From Armatimonadota bacterium (GTDB lineage Bacteria > Armatimonadota > Zipacnadia > Zipacnadales > UBA5352): 64,000 nucleotides of DNA. The notes beneath the pieces are model-generated. The model did not search any database, was not told the origin of the DNA, and worked only from the letters and a program-made list of their open reading frames with translations. The stretch spans positions 1 through 64,000 of the forward strand of contig JAYENL010000221.1 of NCBI GenBank assembly GCA_034722055.1. The letters run 5' to 3'. The translations under genes were made by a program, and so were the position numbers. Shown in pieces: positions 50,501 to 58,557 of the stretch. The number at the start of each line of letters is the position of its first letter. Position 1 is the first letter of the stretch.

Positions 50501-51883
50501 CGTCGCCATCCAGCCGGACGCTCGCAGGCCGCGCTGCATGGTCAGTGCGGGCGTGGCGGTGCTCTCAGCCTTCCAGATGTGGTAGTCGCCACCGGAGTTC
50601 TGATCGATGGCGAAGCGGCGCCAGATGTTGTGGTCCGGCTCGTTCATCAGCCTCTGCGTGGGGCTGACGTGGAACTGGTAGAAGTGTCGCGTGTTCCACT
50701 GCACGCCGCGATCGCCGGCCTGCACCACGCGCTTGCGCATGTTCAGCGCCAGCGGCAGCCGCAGAGACACGTCGCGGATGAAGCGGTCGGCGAACTGCCC
50801 CTCGGGCTGCAGCGAGACGGTCGCGGTCAGGAAGGGGCTGCCGGCCGTCGCCGCCAGGTCGAGCTGATACCGAATCCGGTCGCCATCGCCGAAGTCCAGC
50901 GCGCCATCGAGTGAGCCGGAGAGCTGCTCCTGGTTGTGCTGCCAGGCGTGGCCGCCGGGCTGGCAGGTGGCCCCGATGACCCGTCCCGGCGCCCAGTCGC
51001 GCCAGCCGTCGTACTCCGCGGACTCGAAGACGGTCGCGGACAGCAGCGGCTGCTCGTTGCCGGCAATGACCGGCTCGCCGCCGATGGTCAGTGCTCGCAG
51101 CGCGCCCCGGTTTGTGAGTTCGAAGGTCGCAGCGCCGGTGTCCGCCATCACGCCGTCGGGCAGCTCCTGGACCTGCATCTGTGCGTCTGTCACCGTGCCC
51201 ACCTCCAGCGGCTCGGCTGACGGCTCATCTCCCGGCTGCGGCGGCCTGGCGTAGTCGTAGATGCGCACCTCGTCGAGCTTGCCGCGAAAGAAGTACGTGG
51301 AGCCCGCCTTCGACCCCAGGATGATGTCGCCGCCGGGGCCGATCTCGTGGTCCCAGGTGGTGGTGGCGACCTCCTGGCCGTCCACATACAGCCACGCGTT
51401 CGGGCGGTCGAAGACGCCGGTGACGCGGTGCCACTGGCCCGGCGTGAGTTCGCCTCCGGACAAGTCCATGCGCGCCTCGGCCGTCTTCAGCCCGAACATG
51501 GGCGTGGTGCCGGAGACCTGGATGCGGTAGCGCTCCCCGCCCTTGTCCACGATGCACTGCGGCCCGCCCGTGTCGGGCTCGTCGAGCATCAGCCATACGT
51601 CCACCGTCACGGCGTCCGTCATGCGCAGGGACGGGTCGTCGGGGGCGCGCACGTAGTCGTCCACGCCATCGAAGACCAGGGCCTGATGTCCCGGCGCCTG
51701 GGCGCGCGGAAGGTCGTCGTGGCCGATGGCGTGGTGCCGATCCGCGGCCACGTCGCGGTACAGCCTGCGGAAGTCACCGTTGAACGTCCACACCGCCGCC
51801 GGAGAATCGTCGGCGGCACGTGCGATCATCGGCAGCATCAGCACCACCGACACCAGCAGTACGCTCGGACGCCACGCGCGCAT
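47570..51883 (-). CDS. large secreted LamG + RIFT-barrel/(alpha/alpha) protein, exo-rhamnogalacturonan lyase (PL26/YetA)-like
   Basis: Signal MRAWRPSVLL..ARA-A; FDGVDDYV..GKLDEVRIY; GGVPLPRG..PVQTRALAYWPDGSVKW; WYGCWDYGDVQH..WAYDNG..WTNTE..YLRTG..RHGVQHW. Confidence 0.75.
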   Translation of the reverse strand: MRAWRPSVLLVSVVLMLPMIARAADDSPAAVWTFNGDFRRLYRDVAADRHHAIGHDDLPRAQAPGHQALVFDGVDDYVRAPDDPSLRMTDAVTVDVWLMLDEPDTGGPQCIVDKGGERYRIQVSGTTPMFGLKTAEARMDLSGGELTPGQWHRVTGVFDRPNAWLYVDGQEVATTTWDHEIGPGGDIILGSKAGSTYFFRGKLDEVRIYDYARPPQPGDEPSAEPLEVGTVTDAQMQVQELPDGVMADTGAATFELTNRGALRALTIGGEPVIAGNEQPLLSATVFESAEYDGWRDWAPGRVIGATCQPGGHAWQHNQEQLSGSLDGALDFGDGDRIRYQLDLAATAGSPFLTATVSLQPEGQFADRFIRDVSLRLPLALNMRKRVVQAGDRGVQWNTRHFYQFHVSPTQRLMNEPDHNIWRRFAIDQNSGGDYHIWKAESTATPALTMQRGLRASGWMATYDERAGLIFAYRGFADRAPKSLRVMAEDSGEARVCLWHQGLPALHVASPQAEAVFGAPHVIDLAAFDDEFSFAQPDVALANHWGVEGLASDPPARNEPPLGGLNPLAEQSAEREAPLISGGVPLPRGALAEPGHVRLQRDGRDVPVQTRALAYWPDGSVKWLLLTFPPEGGEVEGAEGGGDALGFQVTRRDGSADEYALLYGGDARSGTPANRLSAAREGDTVRIDTGPLQLEVAVEQGWLRSVTLDGAEVLSEPGGSFVDFLRPAEGYDSMTTQPQGRLDPGSFIPESIDLEEAGPLRAVVKLTGMTTAEESPRMVIRLEAFAGRRCVRISQSAEFLHADPREAFVRRMGFELPLADAGSRVTAGGQDGPVALEGGRRAGLRQHSHLGYQAWSQHEAERFPRVDEANGRSRGWLDLSGPDGGVAMVMRDMWQQFPNELLADIEGGRMVAYFWPEDLPLMDVRRYSNYPHRSQGESVSANSDWVENTYYPNDPFVGVTKTHELLLYFHGPDVDAATVDAVAGDFQRRPLLYCGADWYLDTEVIPPQPRPGAPGFARMAANLDHFARFWMHHQRLWGWYGCWDYGDVQHYYKGGYGWIVPPDDLAELLVDPPEDYEEIDVSDVRQLDYAPPVEWAYDNGRWGWTNTEGLPGLFMQNQYLRTGDREMFFFCEAMARHVRDVDMRHAGKWLGRGTRHGVQHWSDGNHEERQTTHSEFRYHHYLSGEMRSRDFARFLYDEIYSQRDVHIHAAHSGRLQGLMTWWEMTGSEEAASILERYVPCFIVDQGLCISPNVEFPDVVCQSQERDVNGSSMFFWTFGAAHALMEYYDLTGHEELREAFIRVADRVVAERDDPGTFRKAVVFAALHADDPEPYRSYLRDWASTNRLLVEVVPHNSGFYGGPRGMLRGSVAGALFGMNDAIYVMSALEGDPELSEETWADIARVDEQGGPPYTPPLLSWQSEYDRPDLEEYLRIKHPQP

Positions 51884-52096
51884 GATCCTTCCTCTCCCTG
51901 GCTCATGGCCGCTCAGGTGCATGGTGGAGGCTCCTTCTGCGGACGTCGCCGCTTTCCTTCGCCGAAAGCTCGCAAGCACAGTCACGAACCGCCTGGAGGA
52001 CGTCGGCGGCCGATGGTGCAGGATTTCCTGCTCCGCCGCGGAAAGGGGCGCGCGCCGAGCAGCGACAATCGGGCGTGCCGGAGGACTGAGAGAGGC

Positions 52097-53014
52097 ATGA
52101 TACGGCTCGGGATCACTGCGGCGGTCACCTTCGAGGGCCAGCGAGGCTGCCACCACGGCAACGCGTTCAGCTCCATGTTCAACGGCTGGGACAGATCGAG
52201 GGCCGAGGAGCTTGACTTCCCAACAGGGGGAGCCACTGACGACCGGCTGGAGGGCGCCCGGGTGGTGAAGATCTACGATGAGGACCGCAAGGGCGCGGAG
52301 ATGATGGCACAGATCTACGGCATCGAGGAGGTCTGCGACAGCCCGGAGGACCTGACCGAGGGCACGGACGCGGTCATCGCCGCCGATAACGGGACCTACT
52401 CCAAGGCCCGCCTGGCGGTGCCGGCGCTGGAGCAGGGCCTGCCCTGCTTCATCGACAAGCCCCTTGCGGAGACCGCCGACGAGGCCCGTGAGATCGTGGA
52501 CCTCGCCGAGGCCAATGGCGCTCCGCTGATGTCCTGCTCGAGCTTCCGCTGGTGTGACGGGGCGCGGGAGATGCGCGAGGCCCTGGCGGACATCGGGCAG
52601 GTAGAGCTGCTGACAGGCATCAGCGGCCAGGGGCAGTTCCACATCTACGCCATCCACCCCACGGAGTTCGTCTATGGCATCCTCGGGCCGGGGACGGAAT
52701 CGGTGATCAACGTGGGGACGAGGGATCGGGACATCGTTCGCCTGAGGCGCCGTGACGGCTCGCAGGTGGTGCTGAATATGTACTGGCGGGAGGTCATTGC
52801 CGGCGGGCAGATGTTCACCATCTGCGGCAGCGGCGGCTGGCACACCGTGGACCAACTGGGAGCGCTCTACCACCCCATGATGGAGGCCTTCCTGACCATG
52901 TGCGAGACGGGGCAGATGCCCATCTCCGGTAACGAGATGGTGGAGGTCATCGCGGTGGTCGATGCCGCCCGGCGCTCCCGGGAGGAGGGTGGGGCGGAGA
53001 TTCGGATCGGCTGA
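52097..53014 (+). CDS. Gfo/Idh/MocA-family oxidoreductase
   Basis: GAGAGG SD; HGNAFS, PCFIDKPLA, LMSCSSFRW, YAIHP; start trimmed from the track ORF. Confidence 0.82.
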   Translation: MIRLGITAAVTFEGQRGCHHGNAFSSMFNGWDRSRAEELDFPTGGATDDRLEGARVVKIYDEDRKGAEMMAQIYGIEEVCDSPEDLTEGTDAVIAADNGTYSKARLAVPALEQGLPCFIDKPLAETADEAREIVDLAEANGAPLMSCSSFRWCDGAREMREALADIGQVELLTGISGQGQFHIYAIHPTEFVYGILGPGTESVINVGTRDRDIVRLRRRDGSQVVLNMYWREVIAGGQMFTICGSGGWHTVDQLGALYHPMMEAFLTMCETGQMPISGNEMVEVIAVVDAARRSREEGGAEIRIG

Positions 53015-53461
53015 GGCCCGGCTCCATCGTCCTGCCTCGGTGCGCGCCGCTCGGGCCAACCAGCGTCCTTGGACCACGAGACCGGGCCGTGGCGGCGTCG
53101 CCTGCCGCCAACTGCTGCCGTTACGCGAGCGGAAGCTCGCGTGGAGAGGCCGGACCACCGTCCGGCCTGCTGTCTCTGCGAGGTGCAAGCACACGGCCAA
53201 CGACGTGAACGGCGGCCGGCGTCGGCACACCGGCCCTGCGTAGGGCGTGACGGTACGACTCACGACAAACGGCCGGCGGGTCTGAAGCCCCGCCGCTCCG
53301 GACGGCATTGTCGGCGGGGCGTCTCTCGGGAGCAGGGACAGATCGGTGCCACCGGGCGCACATCTCCTTACTCTTGGGGCGCGGGCGCCGTCGCCCGTGG
53401 GGCGTAGGGGCGGGGGGCTTTCCTCGGAGGCAGGAGCGGTTAGTGGCGCTGCGCGCCAGAA

Positions 53462-53617
53462 GCCGGCGAGGGCGCCGGCTTCCCAGAACGAAGTAGGCCG
53501 GCGAGGGCGCCGGCTTTCCAGAACGGAGTAGGCCGGCGGGGGCGCCGGCTTCCCAGGATGGGGTAGGCGGGCGAGGGCGCTGTCGCTTCCCAGGATGGGG
53601 TAGGCCGCGGAGGGCGT
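53462..53617. repeat. 35-bp tandem array of GTAG-type REP-like palindromes (~4.5 units)
   Basis: GTAG-GCCGGCG-AGGG-CGCCGGC-TTCCCAG(A/G)A; unit starts at 53462, 53497, 53532, 53567, ~53604. Confidence 0.85.
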
Positions 53618-53624
53618 AGCCGCC

Positions 53625-54644
53625 TCACCTCACCGCGGCGATGATCTGCTCCGCGGCGCAGTAGAGCCCATCCTCCACGGGCCTGCGCGCGACCACCAGC
53701 AGTATGGCCACCACTGCCACGCCTGCCAGGGCTGCCAGCAGCATCGCCACGCGCCCTCTGCCACCCACCGCGGAGAACGCTCCAGCCTCCATGGCCTCCA
53801 GCCTGGCGCGGCGGGCCGCCGGCAGCGCCGGCTCGGGAATCAGCAGCTCCGCCAGGGAGGGCTCGCGGGGCCCGCGCTCAGCAGCGGCCTCCATGGCGCT
53901 CAGCGCACCCGCCAGATCCTCCGGCTGCACGCCCATCGCCACCGCGGCGTCATCGGCGGCCTCCTCCAGCGCCGAGCGCAAGCGGCGGCGGTAGTACCAC
54001 ACGGTTGGCATGATGACCAGGAGCGTGGCGCTGGCGTCGGCCGCCAGGCGGGCGAGGTTGTCGCGGCGGCGCAGGTGGGCGCGCTCGTGGGCCAGCACGG
54101 CCTCCAACTCCTCGGCTGAGAGCCTGGCGCGCAGCGACGTGGAGAGCACCGTCACGGGGCAGAGCAGCCCGGCGGTGAAGGAGACCGGCCGCCCCAGCTC
54201 CACCAGAAGCGGCGGCTGCTCCCCGCCGTCCAGGGGGGCGCCGCTGGCGAGCATCATCCGTCGCAGCAGGTGCGCGCTGAGTGCGGTCCCCAGCATTCGA
54301 GCCGCCGCCGCGGCCACCAGCAGCAGCGACAGCCACGCGAAGGCCTGCACCGCGACAGGCCCGCCGGGCGCCTCAATGAGGGGCACAAAGCACAGATGGG
54401 GTCGGAAGCCGCCCAGGTGGGGGGAGGCGCCGGGGCCCTGAGCGTAGAGCGCCAGCGCCCAGCCGGCGACCAGCATGCCCAGAAGCGGGGGTACGCATAG
54501 CGCCGCCAGCCATACTCGCGCCCGGCCGGCGGCGTTGCTCTCTCCGGCGGTCTCAGCCAGTGCCGCGGCCGGCAGGGCCATGAGCAGGCTCACCGAGGCC
54601 GCGGTGGCCACCATGATGCTGGCAGCCGTCAGCAGCAGGGCCAT
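53625..54644 (-). CDS. M56/M48-type membrane zinc peptidase (BlaR1-like, no penicillin-binding domain)
   Basis: SFTAGLLCP, LSAEELEAVLAHERAHLRRRD, EEAADD; several TM segments; 1-nt overlap with the upstream regulator. Confidence 0.88.
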   Translation of the reverse strand: MALLLTAASIMVATAASVSLLMALPAAALAETAGESNAAGRARVWLAALCVPPLLGMLVAGWALALYAQGPGASPHLGGFRPHLCFVPLIEAPGGPVAVQAFAWLSLLLVAAAAARMLGTALSAHLLRRMMLASGAPLDGGEQPPLLVELGRPVSFTAGLLCPVTVLSTSLRARLSAEELEAVLAHERAHLRRRDNLARLAADASATLLVIMPTVWYYRRRLRSALEEAADDAAVAMGVQPEDLAGALSAMEAAAERGPREPSLAELLIPEPALPAARRARLEAMEAGAFSAVGGRGRVAMLLAALAGVAVVAILLVVARRPVEDGLYCAAEQIIAAVR

Positions 54645-55120
54645 CAGCTCTCCGATGCGCCCCTCCTGCGGCGGCGGTGCTCGTCGATCATCTCCGCCAG
54701 TGCCTCCAGACGCGAGGGGTCCTCGTCGCCGATGGCCTCCACGAAGTAGGAGATGGCGGGCTCAGCAAAGCTCGACAGCAGGCCGTCAATGACGCGCCGC
54801 GTGACGCTCTGCCCCAGCTCGCTGCGGCTCAGCGCCGGCCAGTAGAAGTACGCCCGTCCGCGCTGCTCGCGCTCCAGCAGCCCCTTGTCATAGAGGCGGC
54901 TCATGGTGGTCATGATCGTGGTGTAGGCCGCCTCCTTGCCCTGCTCCTCCAGGCTGGCGCGCACGTCCTCCACGCACACAGGATCAGAGGCCCTCCAGAT
55001 GGCCTCCATTACCTGCGCCTCCAGCTCTCCCAGCGCCTGCTCCAGCCCGCGCTTGTCGAGCTTGAAGACCGAGAGGTCGGGATCAGTCGGCTTGTGCACG
55101 TTGCTGTCAGTCTGGCTCAT
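54644..55120 (-). CDS. BlaI/MecI/CopY-family transcriptional repressor
   Basis: LGELEAQVMEAIW, AYTTIMTTMSRLYDKGLL.R..RGRAYFY; start uncertain (55132 or 55120). Confidence 0.92.
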   Translation of the reverse strand: MSQTDSNVHKPTDPDLSVFKLDKRGLEQALGELEAQVMEAIWRASDPVCVEDVRASLEEQGKEAAYTTIMTTMSRLYDKGLLEREQRGRAYFYWPALSRSELGQSVTRRVIDGLLSSFAEPAISYFVEAIGDEDPSRLEALAEMIDEHRRRRRGASES

Positions 55121-55168
55121 CGGTGTCTGCACCCCGCCATTTCAGGGCCGCCGGATGGTCGCGTTTGT

Positions 55169-55205
55169 TACTACCTATTATAGTAGATAATGCCGGGCCT
55201 GTCCA
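55169..55205 (-). promoter_or_regulatory. sigma70-type promoter (TGGACA-N17-TATAAT) overlapped by a TACTAC-N5-ATAGTA operator-like palindrome
   Basis: Minus strand -35 at 55205-55200 and -10 at 55182-55177; palindrome at 55169-55185; AT-rich patch directly upstream of the BlaI-family gene. Confidence 0.75.
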
Positions 55206-55263
55206 GTTCTCTCGCAAATTGCATTTCCGGAGAGCGGCGTCCACGCCGCCCTGCTGGGTTCTG

Positions 55264-56253
55264 TTACACAACTCCGTGCTCGCGGCTCTTCTCGTAGCCG
55301 GGATTGCCCTCCGGGCTGGAGCAGATGCTCCACTCGTGGGCGGTGACCACGCCATCGCCGTAGCCGCAGATGTCGCGGGTGGAGGGGATGCGCTCGAACA
55401 TCAGCTTCAGCATCTCGCGCGCCGGCAGCGTGTCGCCGGGCATCAGCCCCATCCGCTGGAAGCAGTCCAGGTCCTTCTTGTAGTCGCGAATGAGGCCGCC
55501 GGCGTGCACGCAGCGGCCGGTGTCGGGGTCATAGCCGTCGCAGCAGTCGCAGGCCTCGCAGCAGCCCTCCACCAGCGTGATGGGCACATCCGGGGCGCTT
55601 TGAATGCGCTCCAGGATCTCGGCGAGGGTGTCGTTGGGCCGCGGGCCGGCGCCCTCGCCGCCCGCCCACCAGCAGCACATGCACATGAGGTGGTGGGGGC
55701 GGATGAAGATGCTCTCGCCCTCCGCGATGGCCCGCTCGTTGGCCTGGCGGTACTCGGCCCGCTCCGAATCGCTGCGCAGGTACACCACCGCGTCCCAGCC
55801 TGCGTTACGCACGCTCTCGTAGGCGCCGCTGCTGGCCAGTTCGCAGCCCTCCCAGCCCGCGGTGTCGTGGGCGCAGATGCCCTGGGGCGTCTCGATGCGC
55901 TCGAAGAGCAGCTCGAACAGGTAGCGGGCGCGCCGCGTGTCGCCCGGGCACAGGCCCAGCCGCTGCAGCACGTCCAGGTCGCGCTTGCGGTTGAGCACGT
56001 CTTCGGGCTCGCTGCGGGCGAACTGACCCTCGGGCAGCCACGTGTAGTGCGGCAGCTCGTCCGCGTCTGAGGTCAGCCTGATGGCGACGGTGGGGTCTGA
56101 GCCGATCCTCTCCAGGATGGCGTCGGCCTCGGTGGCGCCGATCAGGGGGCACTCCGCGCCGCCCTTCCGGCAGACCAGGCCCAGGAGCTGGCGGGCCTCG
56201 ATCTCGATCTGCGGGCGACACAGTCCGTCGTCAACGTCGCAGGCATCCGTCAT
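55264..56253 (-). CDS. Cys-rich protein with tandem DUF1284-like repeats
   Basis: IRPHHLMCMCC, ITLVEGCCEACDCC; internal duplication DLDVLQRLGLCPGD..LFERI / DLDCFQRMGLMPGD..MFERI. Confidence 0.7.
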   Translation of the reverse strand: MTDACDVDDGLCRPQIEIEARQLLGLVCRKGGAECPLIGATEADAILERIGSDPTVAIRLTSDADELPHYTWLPEGQFARSEPEDVLNRKRDLDVLQRLGLCPGDTRRARYLFELLFERIETPQGICAHDTAGWEGCELASSGAYESVRNAGWDAVVYLRSDSERAEYRQANERAIAEGESIFIRPHHLMCMCCWWAGGEGAGPRPNDTLAEILERIQSAPDVPITLVEGCCEACDCCDGYDPDTGRCVHAGGLIRDYKKDLDCFQRMGLMPGDTLPAREMLKLMFERIPSTRDICGYGDGVVTAHEWSICSSPEGNPGYEKSREHGVV

Positions 56254-56324
56254 GCCGGATCCCTCCGCATCGTGTTCACCGCCGGCGGGCACTTCCGCAG
56301 AGGTAGGTTCACACCCTCCTCATG

Positions 56325-56537
56325 CTTACCTGTACCCACATCGTGGCGAGCGGCGATGCGTGCCTTTTGTCGTTGGGAGAGGCCGTCTGAGGCTCCAGGT
56401 CGTTTGCCGGAGCCGAAGCCGGCCCGGCCGTTGTTTCCACCCGAGCCCGCGGGCCGACTTCGTGCGCTCCTGCGCAGCGCCCTCAGGCGGCCCCTCCACG
56501 GCCGACGACCCTCGCCCAACTTGTGGGTGAAGGCTAG
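56325..56537. mobile_element. MITE-like element, family A, copy 3
   Basis: Ends CTTACCTGTACCCACA / TGTGGGTGAAGGCTAG; flanks CTCCTCATG / CTCCTCAGG (8/9); interior matches copy 1. Confidence 0.8.
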
Positions 56538-56610
56538 CTCCTCAGGGAGGCTCTCACTGCCGTCACTCGGGGGGTACGGGCGCCCGCGGCCCCCCCCCGC
56601 CGCCAGTGTC

Positions 56611-58557
56611 TCAGAACTCCCTCGGGTAGCGCTCCAGGACCTGGGGCCAGGCGGCGTCGGCATCATCGCCGAAGGCCAGGTAGAGGCGCGTGGTGAAGCG
56701 CTCCCCGGGCGCCAGCTCCAGCTCGTGGAAGAGGTTGCTGACGCCGCCGCCTGGCGCCGGGATGGTCCACAGCGCGGGGTCGGCGCCGATTGCCACGAAG
56801 CGCCCCTCGTCGCGCAGCAGGAGGATGTTTGCCTCGAGCACCTCCGCCCGGTCATCGCGCCACGGCTCGTGGCCGTGCGCCTCCAGGAAGCCCGGAATCC
56901 CCACCCCGTTCCAGATCCACAGCCTGCCGTCGCGGGCCTCGTCGCCGGTGTTCTCGACGAAGACGTCCACCGCCATCCATGGCTCGCCGGCGCGCACCAT
57001 CCACGTCCGCCCCAGGCGGCAGTCATTGCTGGCGCACACGGAGGTGATCTCCACGAGGTTGTCGGCGGGCTGGCGAACGGTGACATCCGCCCGCGAGCCC
57101 CAGGGGTCGAACCAGCCGCTCACCCGGGTGCGTATCAGGCCCAGGGAGTGGGGATCGGTGCTGGCGTCGCCAATGAGGCCGTCGAAGCGCAGCTCATCGA
57201 TGTTCAGCGCCAGGTGATCCTGCGTCGCCTCCCAGCCCTCGCCCCGGACGCTCACCTCGCGGGCGACATCGCTCCAGATGACCTCGTATCCGCCCGCCCG
57301 GAAGTGCCGATCGGACTCGTGGAGCCGGTGCTCCTCAGCCTGCCCCCGGAGGTGCAGCACGCGAGCCACCGCGCCGGCGGCCTCGTCGTCAGTGGGGAGC
57401 TGTCGCCAGCGCTCCAGAGCGACAGCCAGCTCACCCGCGGGCCGATCCCCGTCGAACAGCTCCGCCAGCGCTTCGCGCTCGCCCTGTCCGCCGTGGGCCA
57501 TGATGGCCTCTCGAGCCTCGGCGAGCACCTCGCGCAGGCCGGCCCGGGCCTGCTGGGCGCGGCCCTCGCGCAGGGGCTGGTGATAGCGCCTCGCCAGCAT
57601 GGGGACGCCCGCCACGGCAACCAGGTCAGCCTGGGAGACCGTGCCGAAGGGCCACAGCGCCCAGCCGTCGATGCCCGCGCGGTGGCAATCCCAGCAGGTG
57701 TTGATGAGCTCCTCGGCCGGCTGGTCCACCCAGAAGCCGGTGTCCACACACTCGATGATCTCAGCGTCGCCTGTGAGAGCCGTGAACATGCCCAGCTTCT
57801 CTCGCATCCAGCCCACGTCGGCTCGGCGGTGCCCCTGGTAGACCATGGGCGCCAGGACATCGAGGATGTGTGACAGCCCCTCGGTATCCATGCCCAGGGT
57901 GTTCTCGGGTGCGATCACGTAGCCGCCGACCTTCAGGTCCGGGCGATGCTGGTGCGCGGCCTCGGCCACGCGCCGCATGGCCTCGTTGGTGCTGTCGCGC
58001 CGCACGCGCTTCCACACCTCGAGCGCGGCCGGGTCGCGGTCCAGCGCCGCGACCAGCTCCTCCCGCGCGTAGTCGGTCCCCGCCGCCTCGTTGAACGCCG
58101 CCACGCAGTCGGGGCAGAAGCAGGCCTCCATGGTGCGGCTCTCCACCGTGATGAAGTCCCAGAGCATGCCGTCGGCGCCGGTGTCGGCCACGGCATTGGT
58201 GAGCTCGATCATCTCAGCGATGCGCCGCTCGGAGCGAGGGCACACGGTGCCGGTCTTCACACTCCCGTCGGCGCGTATCTGGAAGTCGTCCCGCTCCTCC
58301 CGAATGCCCAGGAAGGCGCTGGCGTAGCCGAAGACGGTGAAGCCGCGCTGGTGGAGGAAGGCCACGCGCTCCCGCACGTCGGGGTCGCCGGTCGGGATGC
58401 GGCACTGCACGTGGTTGAGGCCGGCATCCTGCAGAGTCTGGGCGAAGTCGGCGAGCTGATCGGCCGGCGGGAGCGTCAGGCCGCCAATCCCCATGTAGGG
58501 ATCGGCCGCCAGCGGACAGGACAGCAGGAGCGTCAGCGCGAGGTACATCGCTCTCAC
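56611..58557 (-). CDS. secreted glycoside-hydrolase-like (GHL10/DUF187-like) TIM-barrel protein with a C-terminal beta domain
   Basis: Signal peptide; VCPRS, ADGMLWDF, CFCPDC..AF, DVLAPMVY. Confidence 0.6.
   Translation of the reverse strand: MRAMYLALTLLLSCPLAADPYMGIGGLTLPPADQLADFAQTLQDAGLNHVQCRIPTGDPDVRERVAFLHQRGFTVFGYASAFLGIREERDDFQIRADGSVKTGTVCPRSERRIAEMIELTNAVADTGADGMLWDFITVESRTMEACFCPDCVAAFNEAAGTDYAREELVAALDRDPAALEVWKRVRRDSTNEAMRRVAEAAHQHRPDLKVGGYVIAPENTLGMDTEGLSHILDVLAPMVYQGHRRADVGWMREKLGMFTALTGDAEIIECVDTGFWVDQPAEELINTCWDCHRAGIDGWALWPFGTVSQADLVAVAGVPMLARRYHQPLREGRAQQARAGLREVLAEAREAIMAHGGQGEREALAELFDGDRPAGELAVALERWRQLPTDDEAAGAVARVLHLRGQAEEHRLHESDRHFRAGGYEVIWSDVAREVSVRGEGWEATQDHLALNIDELRFDGLIGDASTDPHSLGLIRTRVSGWFDPWGSRADVTVRQPADNLVEITSVCASNDCRLGRTWMVRAGEPWMAVDVFVENTGDEARDGRLWIWNGVGIPGFLEAHGHEPWRDDRAEVLEANILLLRDEGRFVAIGADPALWTIPAPGGGVSNLFHELELAPGERFTTRLYLAFGDDADAAWPQVLERYPREF

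Noticed and set aside
51884..53308. N-terminal ~475 aa of the 1912-aa track ORF (apparent giant fusion)
   Set aside because: It is antisense to the Gfo/Idh/MocA gene and to repeat DNA. The credible start with a signal peptide is at 51883.
53462..53617. Possible CRISPR array (35-bp period, palindromic repeat)
   Set aside because: The units are head-to-tail with only ~8 variable bases that are related to each other. There are no unique 30-40 bp spacers and no cas genes in the window.
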